DNA of 52,653 bases. It comes from a virus. Positions within the stretch are counted from its first letter, which is position 1; each line of letters starts with the position of its first letter. Made by a program: the position numbers and the translations under genes. The stretch is taken from the UHGV virus genome UHGV-0083175, one strand, 5' to 3'. The notes below the pieces were generated by a model. It did not search any database. It saw only the letters and a list, made by a program, of their open reading frames with translations, and was not told the origin of the DNA. Of this stretch, positions 8,789 to 16,408 are shown in pieces.

Positions 8789-8986
8789 ATGCTGAAACAG
8801 CAGGATATGACAGAAACCGCCAGAGTGGTGTTTAATGAATTAAGCGTCACCGAACCGGCGACAGTCGGGGAGATTGCACAGAATACGTACCTTTCACGCG
8901 AACGCTGTCAGTTAATACTGACCCAGCTTGTTATGGCGGGTCTGGCAGATTATCAGTTCGGTTGTTACAGACGCCTTCAGTCCTGA
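8789..8986 (+). CDS. Small hypothetical protein, wHTH-like
   Basis: MLKQQDMTETARVVFNELSVTEPATVGEIAQNTYLSRERCQLILTQLVMAGL. The track ORF starts further upstream, at 8756. Confidence 0.45.
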   Translation: MLKQQDMTETARVVFNELSVTEPATVGEIAQNTYLSRERCQLILTQLVMAGLADYQFGCYRRLQS

Positions 8987-8996
8987 AGGCTTTTTT
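8973..8996 (+). terminator. Intrinsic terminator
   Basis: GCCTTCAG/CTGAAGGC stem followed by TTTTTT. It spans the stop codon. Confidence 0.65.
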
Positions 8997-9136
8997 ATTT
9001 GTGGTAAATGGGCGGCTGGTGGGTGTTAGGGGCACTCACCAGCCATCTGCTCATGCGTTGGGGTCACAAGCAAACCTCAGGCCCACTGCTTTGCGCAAAA
9101 GCAGAATGAGCCTATCAGAGACAGGCTTAATGATCC

Positions 9137-10195
9137 ATGCTTAATACTGTAAAAATATCCAGTTGTGAGTTAATCAACGCCGACTGCCTGGAATTTATCC
9201 GGTCGTTACCCGAAAATTCTGTTGACCTGATAGTCACGGACCCGCCGTACTTTAAAGTGAAGCCTGAGGGCTGGGATAACCAGTGGAAGGGCGACGATGA
9301 TTACCTGAAGTGGCTGGACCAGTGTCTGGCGCAGTTCTGGCGGGTGCTGAAACCTGCCGGAAGTCTTTACCTGTTCTGTGGCCATCGCCTGGCATCTGAT
9401 ATCGAAATCATGATGCGTGAACGCTTCAGTGTACTGAACCATATTATCTGGGCAAAGCCGTCCGGACGCTGGAACGGGTGCAACAAGGAAAGCCTGAGGG
9501 CGTATTTCCCCGCCACAGAGCGCATTCTGTTCGCGGAACATTATCAGGGGCCGTATCGTCCGAAAGATGCCGGGTATGAGGCGAAGGGCAGGGCACTGAA
9601 ACAGCATGTGATGGCTCCGCTGATTGCTTACTTTCGTGATGCGCGTGCTGCCCTGGGGATAACGGCAAAACAGATAGTGGATGCCACAGGAAAGAAAAAC
9701 ATGGTGTCGCACTGGTTCAGTGCCAGTCAGTGGCAGCTACCGAACGAAAGCGATTATCTGAAATTACAGGCGCTGTTTGCCCGGGTGGCAGAAGAGAAGC
9801 ATCAGCGCGGTGAACTGGAAAAGCCCCACCACCAGCTGCTGGAGACGTATACTTCACTGAACCGGCAGTATGCGGAACTGCAGAGTGAATATAAGCATCT
9901 GCGGCGGTATTTTGGCGTGACGGCGCAGGTGCCGTACACGGATGTGTGGACGCATAAACCGGTGCAGTACTATCCCGGGAAACATCCGTGCGAAAAACCG
10001 GCAGAAATGCTGCAGCAGATAATCAGCGCGAGCAGTCGTCCGGGGGACCTGGTTGCAGATTTTTTCATGGGGTCGGGTTCGACAGTCAAAGCCGCGATGG
10101 CGCTGGGGCGTCGTGCAACAGGCGTTGAGCTGGAGACTGAACGTTTTGAGCAGACGGTCAGGGAAGTTCAGGATTTAGCCAGTCAGAACGGATGA
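9137..10195 (+). CDS. Orphan DNA N6-adenine (beta-class) methyltransferase
   Basis: DPPY motif IV near the N-terminus (..LIVTDPPYF) and motif I FFMGSGST near the C-terminus. No restriction enzyme gene is adjacent. Confidence 0.85.
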   Translation: MLNTVKISSCELINADCLEFIRSLPENSVDLIVTDPPYFKVKPEGWDNQWKGDDDYLKWLDQCLAQFWRVLKPAGSLYLFCGHRLASDIEIMMRERFSVLNHIIWAKPSGRWNGCNKESLRAYFPATERILFAEHYQGPYRPKDAGYEAKGRALKQHVMAPLIAYFRDARAALGITAKQIVDATGKKNMVSHWFSASQWQLPNESDYLKLQALFARVAEEKHQRGELEKPHHQLLETYTSLNRQYAELQSEYKHLRRYFGVTAQVPYTDVWTHKPVQYYPGKHPCEKPAEMLQQIISASSRPGDLVADFFMGSGSTVKAAMALGRRATGVELETERFEQTVREVQDLASQNG

Positions 10196-10235
10196 TATTG
10201 CAGGATTAGTTACGTACCGTTATTATCCTGCGCCC

Positions 10236-10310
10236 GGCCCTTTAGCTCAGTGGTGAGAGCGAGCGACTCATAATCGCCAGGTCGCTGGTTCAAATCCAGC
10301 AAGGCCACCA
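10236..10310 (+). tRNA. tRNA with anticodon CAT (Ile2/Met type), irregular acceptor stem
   Basis: Cloverleaf read by eye: TAGCTCAGTGGT D-arm, CTCATAA anticodon loop, GGTTCAAATCC T-arm, encoded CCA. The 3' acceptor strand is AAGGCC against a 5' strand of GGCCCTT. Confidence 0.7.
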
Positions 10311-10319
10311 TATCACATA

Positions 10320-10396
10320 CCGCCATTAGCTCATCGGGATAGAGCGCCAGCCTTCGAAGCTGGCTGCGCGGGGTTCGAGTCCTCGATGGCGGTCCA
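10320..10396 (+). tRNA. tRNA-Arg (anticodon TCG)
   Basis: Acceptor stem CCGCCAT/ATGGCGG, anticodon loop CTTCGAA, T-arm GGTTCGAGTCC, encoded CCA. Confidence 0.85.
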
Positions 10397-10674
10397 TTAT
10401 CTGCATTATGCGTTGTTGGTTCTGATGAGTGAATCATTGTCTTTTGAGCAACAGGCTATCATATAAGATAGCCTCAGACTTCCTTGTTTATTCTCGCCGG
10501 ATGCTTCGTAGATATTTGCAGGCATCTGTATGCAGGGGTATTATTGCGGCATATATCATCCGGAAAAATAAAAACTACATGCTGATCCGGAGATGATAGT
10601 TACAAGTCCTCCCGGATCCCGCATATTTACTATATTTTATAGATAATTGTTCTTGTTAATATGGAGATGGATAA

Positions 10675-11103
10675 ATGTATTGCCGTGCTGTACCGGTTCT
10701 TGTTTTGATATTAGCCAGTCTGACAACTGGCTGCACAAAAGATGTATCGACAAATAATTATGATGCTTCTCTGTATCACTCAGATAAATTAATAAAGTCG
10801 CAAAATTTGAGCTCATCGGAACGTACCCCTGATGCCAGTGAAGAAATCCGGCTGTATGCCATTCAGGTCAGGAAAGCCATAGAAGAACAGTTAAAGGATG
10901 CGAGTAAGTATTCAGGAAAAGAGTGTTCACTGAGAATGTATATGGCCCCGAATGGTCTTCTGCTACAGGTTAAAAGAGAAAGCGGTGATCCCGATTTATG
11001 TCGTGAAGCGATGAATGCAGTAAAGAATGCTGATATACCATCACCACCGTCTTCAGGAGTATATAAAGCATTTAGAAATGGCGTGCTGGATTTTAAACTC
11101 TGA
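10675..11103 (+). CDS. Lipoprotein carrying a TolA C-terminal (domain III)-like domain
   Basis: Lipobox LTTGC at residues 16-20. The C-terminus ..YAIQVRKAIEEQL.DASKYSGKECSLRMYMAPNGLLLQVKRESGDPDLCREAMNAV...IPSPPS..VYKAFRNGVLDFK parallels recalled E. coli TolA domain III. Confidence 0.85.
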   Translation: MYCRAVPVLVLILASLTTGCTKDVSTNNYDASLYHSDKLIKSQNLSSSERTPDASEEIRLYAIQVRKAIEEQLKDASKYSGKECSLRMYMAPNGLLLQVKRESGDPDLCREAMNAVKNADIPSPPSSGVYKAFRNGVLDFKL

Positions 11104-11238
11104 CAGGGGGAGAAGATTTTCTCCTGTCCTGATGATTTTGGGGCGCTGGAAAGATATTGTGCTGTGAAGTGTTAAATCCCTCACAATTCAGTAAGTTGAC
11201 AGTTGCCTGTCAGACTGAGCATTTGTTAAAAAAATTTC

Positions 11239-11416
11239 GCATGGTGAATCCCCCTGTGCGGAGGGGCGACTGGTGAACGGTATGATCTCTTTGATGATCG
11301 TAAGCGAGAATACGCGGGTTTGGTGTCACCGGGCTGAACTCACCGGGAGGCACCCGGCACCATGCTCATGGTGATACAGAAATGCGGCTTCAGCCCCTCT
11401 CCGGAGGGGCTTTCTT
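11239..11416 (+). ncRNA. Structured RNA module, copy A (unknown family)
   Basis: Closing helix GCATGGTG/CACCATGC, internal hairpins CCCCCT..AGGGG and CCGGG-aggca-CCCGG, and terminator GCCCCTC-tccg-GAGGGGC followed by Ts. Confidence 0.5.
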
Positions 11417-11422
11417 ATGGAC

Positions 11423-11491
11423 AAAAAAAGCCCGCGCTGGGAGACGCGGGCGGCAAGGAATAAACAATAAAACGTGAAGTAATACTTCAAC
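11423..11491 (-). ncRNA. Candidate sRNA, copy 1
   Basis: Minus-strand promoter TTGCGC-N18-TATTAT (plus coordinates 11527-11498), conserved body ACTTCACGTTTTATTGTTTATTCCTTGCC, and terminator GCCCGCG..CGCGGGC followed by T7. Confidence 0.45.
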
Positions 11492-11570
11492 TGGCGAATA
11501 ATACCCGACAGTAATCACTCTGCGCAATAGCGCGGCCTTTTTCGAATTGCGGGCTGTAGTCTCCCTTCTG

Positions 11571-11735
11571 CCGGGTGGCCTGGTTGCAGATTTCTTCATG
11601 GGGTAGGGTTCGGCAGTTAAAGCAGCGATGGCGCTGGGGCGTCGTGCAACTGGCGTTGAGCTGGATACCGGGCGTTTTGAACAGACTGCGCAGGAAATCA
11701 GGGATGTATTTAGCGGGAGCGGTTTGCAGAAGTAA
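11571..11735 (+). pseudogene. 3' remnant of a second N6-adenine methyltransferase gene
   Basis: Nucleotide-level paralogue of 10040-10195. It reads PGGLVADFFMG*GSAVKAAMALGRRATGVEL.., with an in-frame TAG. Confidence 0.8.
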
Positions 11736-11798
11736 TCTCCCAAAATGCCATTTTTGGAATATACTGGTATTAAGTCTTTTTGCTCAGGTTAATTCAAA

Positions 11799-12524
11799 AT
11801 GGATGTTGCCTGCTCTGTGGTCCTGATTCGCTATCCGATAGATATTTTTCTTGAAAAAGAAAAAGTTTCACTCGATGCCGGAAGTGTTATGCTTGTTGCC
11901 AGAAATATAAGAGGGCTTTTCTGTGCTTATGCCGACAGAGTGAAAATGGCAGATATAAGTAACAGCGTCGTCAATCAGTATCTGGAAAGGGAGTGTGAAC
12001 TGACGGAGTATACACCGACAAAAATGCCTCTTTATTTGATGTCTGATATTTACAATACGGAACTGGCGGAGGCTTTAATAACCCAGCATAGTGAATCCAG
12101 TGATACTTTGAAGGATTTCTCTGTTATAACCGCATTTTCATGTATCTCCTTATTTGCAACAGACAGGCGTCTGCCATTATTTTTGTCCGGTGCTGTAAAT
12201 AATATCAGCTGTAAAGTAAGGGCTATAATTCAGACCGACATATCGGCAGGCTGGATGCTAGGTGTGATTGCATTACAATTGCATATGAGCGAAAGCTTGT
12301 TGAAGCGAAAACTTAAGGATGAAGGTTATAGCTTTAGTCGGTTGTTGCTGGAGGAGCGAATGCGTGTTGCTGTTAATCTTGTATGTTTCCAGCGAGAGTG
12401 TGGACAAGCGATAGCGGAAAAATGTGGTTACTCAAGTAAGTCCTATTTCATTTCTGTATTTCACCAGTATTATGGTGCACCACCTGAGAGCTATGCATAT
12501 TTGCAGAAAGCAGACGTTATCTGA
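11799..12524 (+). CDS. AraC/XylS-family transcriptional regulator (moron)
   Basis: C-terminal double-HTH pattern: W.L..IA..LHMSESLLKRKLKDEGYSFSRLLLEERM..A..L......I..IAEKCGYSSKSYFISVFHQYYG.PP..Y. Confidence 0.85.
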   Translation: MDVACSVVLIRYPIDIFLEKEKVSLDAGSVMLVARNIRGLFCAYADRVKMADISNSVVNQYLERECELTEYTPTKMPLYLMSDIYNTELAEALITQHSESSDTLKDFSVITAFSCISLFATDRRLPLFLSGAVNNISCKVRAIIQTDISAGWMLGVIALQLHMSESLLKRKLKDEGYSFSRLLLEERMRVAVNLVCFQRECGQAIAEKCGYSSKSYFISVFHQYYGAPPESYAYLQKADVI

Positions 12525-12613
12525 TGTTTTTTCATCAGGCATATATTGATTGACTGTATTAGATATAGTCTGAATGTGTTCAGCATAAAAAGTTATAATC
12601 ATTTGGTGTTTGC

Positions 12614-12892
12614 GTGAATATTGATGAGAAAATCAGATGTAGCCAACTGTTACAGCGTATTGAAGCCGTCAATGTGGAACGAACAAAGGTCTTCAGTCGT
12701 CTGACAGTTTTATTTTGTACCCCTGATCGACGTTCAGGTCAGGAGATGGTTCTTCTGGATGTAGATGCACTTCGGAACGTCTGTGAGGAGTTCACCGCGG
12801 CTAATTCGGAGTTACTGAGTCTTGTTCAGGAGTACAACAGAATTGCAGGTAGTAACGGTTTTGATGAAATCAAAATTATATCCCGTGGATAA
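12614..12892 (+). CDS. Hypothetical protein
   Basis: 92-aa ORF (GTG start) downstream of the AraC-type gene, within the same AT-rich block. Confidence 0.45.
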   Translation: MNIDEKIRCSQLLQRIEAVNVERTKVFSRLTVLFCTPDRRSGQEMVLLDVDALRNVCEEFTAANSELLSLVQEYNRIAGSNGFDEIKIISRG

Positions 12893-13210
12893 AACATATC
12901 CTGTATATTTATGTTGTTACATACAGGCGCTTTTAGTATCTGCCGCACGGCAGTTGTACTTTAGAATAAGATGCTTTTGTGACTGGTGGTGTTGTATCTG
13001 GGGTTAGCCAGGAGGCAGGTTCAGAGAGTCCGGTGGTAATTATGTGTATGCAGTGGTTGTTGCTGTACCGTGGGCAAGTTCTGGAACTGGCTTCGTCCAT
13101 TGTAGATGATTGTTAGCTGGATATCAGTTACCTCATGGAAATGTTAAATGACTCACAATTCGGTTGATGGACTATTGTCTGATCGATGGAAGTCTTGTAA
13201 AAACGAGCCA

Positions 13211-13375
13211 GCATAGTGAATCCCCCTGTGCGGAGGGGCGTCTGACATGGTCTCCATAGCGATGGTCACAATACGCAGATTCAGTAGTCAGGCTGAATCT
13301 ACCGGGAGGCACCCGGCACTATGCTGCTTATGGTGTATACATAGCGATCGGCCCCTCTCCGGAGGGGCTTTTTTT
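13211..13375 (+). ncRNA. Structured RNA module, copy B
   Basis: Closing helix GCATAGTG/CACTATGC, a compensatory change relative to copy A. It has the same hairpins and terminator. Confidence 0.5.
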
Positions 13376-13469
13376 GTGCGGGAAAAGGCTGTGTTGTTAA
13401 GTGTTAAATTCCTCACAGTTCAGATGGTTGATGCTTGCCTGTCTGAGGGGGAGTTGTTAAAAAAGTTCT

Positions 13470-13634
13470 GCATGGTGAATCCCCCTGAGCGGAGGGGCAT
13501 ATCAGCGCAGGTGTTTCTACTCTATCCTTTCTGTGCGGGTTCAGGTGCTGATACTGAACTCACCGGGAGGCACCCGGCATCATGCATATGGTTAACAGAC
13601 ACGTAGCGAAGCCCCTCTCCGGAGGGGCTTTTTT
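13470..13634 (+). ncRNA. Structured RNA module, copy C
   Basis: Closing helix GCATGGTG/CATCATGC (one G-U pair), variable hairpin TATCAGC/GCTGATA, same terminator. Confidence 0.5.
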
Positions 13635-13729
13635 ATGCAGGGAAAAGGCTGTGTTGTGAAATGTTAAATTCCTCACAATTCATGAGGTTGATGATTGTCT
13701 GATTGATGAGGAGTTTGTTAAAAAAAACG

Positions 13730-13883
13730 GCATGGTGAATCCCCCTGTGCGGAGGGGTGATATCGTATCATTTCATGTGTGGCCGACTGATATCACGGAC
13801 ATTTGTTCACCGGGAGGCACCCGGCACCTGCAGTATACAGAGATTAGGCATACATCCAGGCTCCTCATCGCAGGAGCCTTTTT
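13730..13883 (+). ncRNA. Structured RNA module, copy D
   Basis: 5' GCATGGTG and 3' CACC-TGC (1-nt gap), variable hairpin GTGATATC/GATATCAC, and a different terminator GGCTCCT..AGGAGCC followed by T5. Confidence 0.45.
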
Positions 13884-13889
13884 ACATGT

Positions 13890-13967
13890 AAAAAAAACCG
13901 CTCCCGGGAAGAGCGGTTGGCAAGGAAGCAAGGAATAAATAACAAAACGTGAAGTAATTTATTCAGC
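13890..13967 (-). ncRNA. Candidate sRNA, copy 2
   Basis: Minus-strand TTGCGC-N18-TATTAT (plus coordinates 14003-13974), body ACTTCACGTTTTGTTATTTATTCCTTGC.., and terminator ACCGCTC..GAGCGGT followed by T8. The stem covaries with copy 1. Confidence 0.45.
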
Positions 13968-14115
13968 ACCCTAATAATACCTTAGAGTAATCACCTTGCG
14001 CAACTGTAAGGGCGTATTTCTTTTTTGCGGGCTGTTTTTCTGTGTGACTTTTGTGTTTCCGGAGGTCAGTCCGTGCCTTCTCTGACTCAGAACATTATCC
14101 CGGCCGGGAGGATTC

Positions 14116-16053
14116 ATGGCATTTAAACACTACGATGTGGTCAGGGCGGCATCGCCGTCAGACCTTGCTGAACGACTGACACAAAAACTGAAGGAGGGCT
14201 GGCAGCCATTTGGCAGTCCGGTGGTCATCACGCCTTATACCCTGATGCAGGCCATTGCGGCGGAAGGTGATGTCACCACACCAGTGGCGGTGACCGGTAA
14301 TGAGGGTAAGGCGGTGGCTGTCAGTGCCACCAGCGACCCGGAGTATTACTTTGTTGTGGTTCTGGCAGGGCAGTCAAATGGCATGTCGTATGGTGAAGGT
14401 CTTCCGCTGCCGGAGACATATGACCGTCCGGACCCGCGTATTAAGCAGCTGGCGCGCCGCAGTACGGTGACACCGGGCGGTGTCGCCTGTAAATATAACG
14501 ACATCATTCCGGCGGACCATTGTCTGCATGATGTGCAGGACATGAGCCGTCTTAACCATCCGAAAGCGGACCTGTCAAAGGGGCAGTACGGAACCGTGGG
14601 GCAGGGGCTGCATATCGCCAAAAAACTGCTGCCGTTTATACCGGCGAATGCGGGTATTCTGCTGGTTCCGTGCTGTCGTGGTGGTTCAGCGTTCACCACC
14701 GGAGCTGATGGCACATACAGTGACGCGAGTGGTGCCTCGGAGAATTCAGCGCGCTGGGGTGTGGACAAGCCGCTGTATAAGGACCTTATCGGTCGAACAA
14801 AAGCAGCACTGAAGAAGAACCCGAAAAATGTGCTGTTTGCCGTGGTGTGGATGCAGGGGGAATTTGATTTTGACGGCACGCCCGGAAATCACGCAGCACA
14901 GTTTGGTGCGCTGGTTGATAAATTCCGTGCAGACCTGACGGATATGGCAGGTCAGTGCGTTGGTGGCTCTGCTGGCGGTGTTCCCTGGATATGCGGGGAC
15001 ACGACGTATTTCTGGAAGCAGAAGAACGAATCCACCTGCCAGATGGTGTACGGCAGCTATAAAAACAAAACGGAAAAGAATATCCATTTCGTACCGTTCA
15101 TGACGGATGAGAACGGGGTGAATGTGCCGACGAACAAACCGGAAGAAGACCCGGACATTCCGGGTATCGGGTATTACGGTTCGAAATGGCGTGACAGCTC
15201 AGCCACCTGGACGTCACAGGACAGGGCGAGCCATTTCAGCACCTGGGCACGCCGGGGGATTATTTCCGACCGTCTGGCAACGGCGATTCTGATTCATGCA
15301 GGACGAACCACAGTAAAAGTCGATGCTCCATCTTCTGAAACTGGCGCACCGACGCCATCACCGTCAGAAAATGAAGCGGTAAGCACAACAACACTGCTGT
15401 CTTACCGTGCCAGTGAGTCTGAAGGGAGGCTGACCGAACAGGGCTGGAGTGCTGGCGGAGGTAAAGCGGAAATTGTTGCTGATGAAGGTGCAACAGGTGG
15501 TACCGCGATGAAGCTGAGCAAGGAGACAGGAGTGGGGTCATGGTATCTGGAGCATGATGCCGGTACTGGCGCTGAACTGCTGAAAAATGGCGGTTTAATC
15601 AGCTGCCGCTTTAAGGCATCCGGTGAACTGGTAGCAAATCAGTATGTCATTGCACTTTACTGGCCGGTTTCCTCTCTGCCGCAGGGTGTCACCCTGACAG
15701 GGGATGCAGGGAATAATCTGCTGGCAGCGTTTTACATCCAGACAGATGCAAAAGACCTGAATGTGATGTACCACAATGCGAAGGTGGCGACAAATAACCT
15801 GAAACTGGGAAGCTTTGGCGCATTTGATAACGAATGGCATACGCTGGCTTTCCGCTTTGCCGGGAATAACAGCCTTCAGGTGACGCCGGTTATTGATGGT
15901 CAGGATGGCACACCGTTCACGCTGACGCAGTCACCGGTCAGTGCATTTTCGGCGGATAAGTTGCATGTGACAGACATTACCAAAAGTGCGACTTACCCGG
16001 TACTGATAGACAGCATTGCGGTGGTAGTGAATAACGCGGACGCCGCGGCATGA
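14116..16053 (+). CDS. nanS-p: NanS-p type prophage sialate 9-O-acetylesterase
   Basis: N-terminal DUF1737-like MAFKHYDVVRAASPSDLAERL.., an SASA/SGNH block VVLAGQSNGMSYG, 645 aa, and the typical position upstream of the lysis genes. Confidence 0.85.
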   Translation: MAFKHYDVVRAASPSDLAERLTQKLKEGWQPFGSPVVITPYTLMQAIAAEGDVTTPVAVTGNEGKAVAVSATSDPEYYFVVVLAGQSNGMSYGEGLPLPETYDRPDPRIKQLARRSTVTPGGVACKYNDIIPADHCLHDVQDMSRLNHPKADLSKGQYGTVGQGLHIAKKLLPFIPANAGILLVPCCRGGSAFTTGADGTYSDASGASENSARWGVDKPLYKDLIGRTKAALKKNPKNVLFAVVWMQGEFDFDGTPGNHAAQFGALVDKFRADLTDMAGQCVGGSAGGVPWICGDTTYFWKQKNESTCQMVYGSYKNKTEKNIHFVPFMTDENGVNVPTNKPEEDPDIPGIGYYGSKWRDSSATWTSQDRASHFSTWARRGIISDRLATAILIHAGRTTVKVDAPSSETGAPTPSPSENEAVSTTTLLSYRASESEGRLTEQGWSAGGGKAEIVADEGATGGTAMKLSKETGVGSWYLEHDAGTGAELLKNGGLISCRFKASGELVANQYVIALYWPVSSLPQGVTLTGDAGNNLLAAFYIQTDAKDLNVMYHNAKVATNNLKLGSFGAFDNEWHTLAFRFAGNNSLQVTPVIDGQDGTPFTLTQSPVSAFSADKLHVTDITKSATYPVLIDSIAVVVNNADAAA

Positions 16054-16188
16054 TAAAAAAAGCCGCCAGTTACCGGAATGGACTGGCGGTGGTAATACCT
16101 ATGGAGAAAAAATAAAGGAACGATACTTTCGTACTCTGTTTTTTTAAATGAAAACAGTTCTTATTGTCAACAATAACGGTAAGAAATT

Positions 16189-16368
16189 ATGACTTTTATT
16201 CATCAGGTGATGCTGTACTTCTGTACGGCAGTCTGTGTGCTGTATCTCCTTTCGGGCGGATACCGGGCCATGCGTGACTTCTGGCGCAGACAGATTGACA
16301 AAAGGGCCGCTGAGAAAATCAGCGCCAGTCAGTCAGCCGGAAGCAAACCCGAAGAGCCGCTCATTTAG
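16189..16368 (+). CDS. Small membrane protein (59 aa, DUF826-like; below the track cutoff)
   Basis: MTFIHQVMLYFCTAVCVLYLLSGGYRAMRDFWRRQIDKRAAEK... has one TM segment. It occupies a position conserved upstream of the holin in related prophages (recalled). Confidence 0.55.
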   Translation: MTFIHQVMLYFCTAVCVLYLLSGGYRAMRDFWRRQIDKRAAEKISASQSAGSKPEEPLI

Positions 16369-16408
16369 CGGCAACTTTCTTAATCACACCTTTCGACGAG
16401 AAAATCCC

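Noticed and set aside
9000-9136. Three consecutive hairpins in the methylase 5' leader, considered as an sRNA or riboregulator
   Set aside because: The stems are short or imperfect. No promoter or terminator could be defined and no second copy is available for covariation, so this remains only an observation.
7771-10200. Shiga toxin genes downstream of Q/PR'
   Set aside because: The position is right, but no ORF resembles StxA or StxB. The slot holds a membrane protein, a small wHTH ORF and a methylase instead.
10210-10437. 75-aa minus-strand ORF
   Set aside because: It overlaps both tRNA genes, so it is an artefact of the tRNA sequence.
11243-11270. Similarity of GTGAATCCCC... to the ERIC (enterobacterial repetitive intergenic consensus) terminus
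   Set aside because: Only about 10 nt match. The modules lack the long imperfect palindrome of ERIC, and their 3' ends are not the inverse of their 5' ends beyond 8 bp.
13695-13715. CUGAUGA-like hammerhead core motif in module D (ctgattgatgagg)
   Set aside because: It is present in only one of the four copies and has no matching GAAA/stem context, so it is treated as chance.
13141-13883. Possible CRISPR array or type III toxin-antitoxin (ToxI-like) repeats
   Set aside because: The units are 150-240 bp with internal secondary structure and their own terminators. They are not 24-48-bp repeats with unique spacers. No cas or toxN-like gene is adjacent.
13247-13938. ORFs 13247-13606 (119 aa) and 13732-13938 (68 aa) starting MVNPP..
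   Set aside because: They run through the repeated RNA modules. The equivalent frames in the other copies are 11 codons (copy A) or lack a start codon (copy B has ATA). The coding potential is therefore not conserved, while base-pairing is.
16063-16100. Hairpin GCCGCCAGT..ACTGGCGGT after nanS-p, considered as the end of a minus-strand sRNA
   Set aside because: The A7 run upstream makes it a good minus-strand terminator. However, the only upstream minus-strand promoter candidate (TTGACA-N17-TTTAAA) lacks the key -10 bases. It more likely just insulates nanS-p from antisense transcription.
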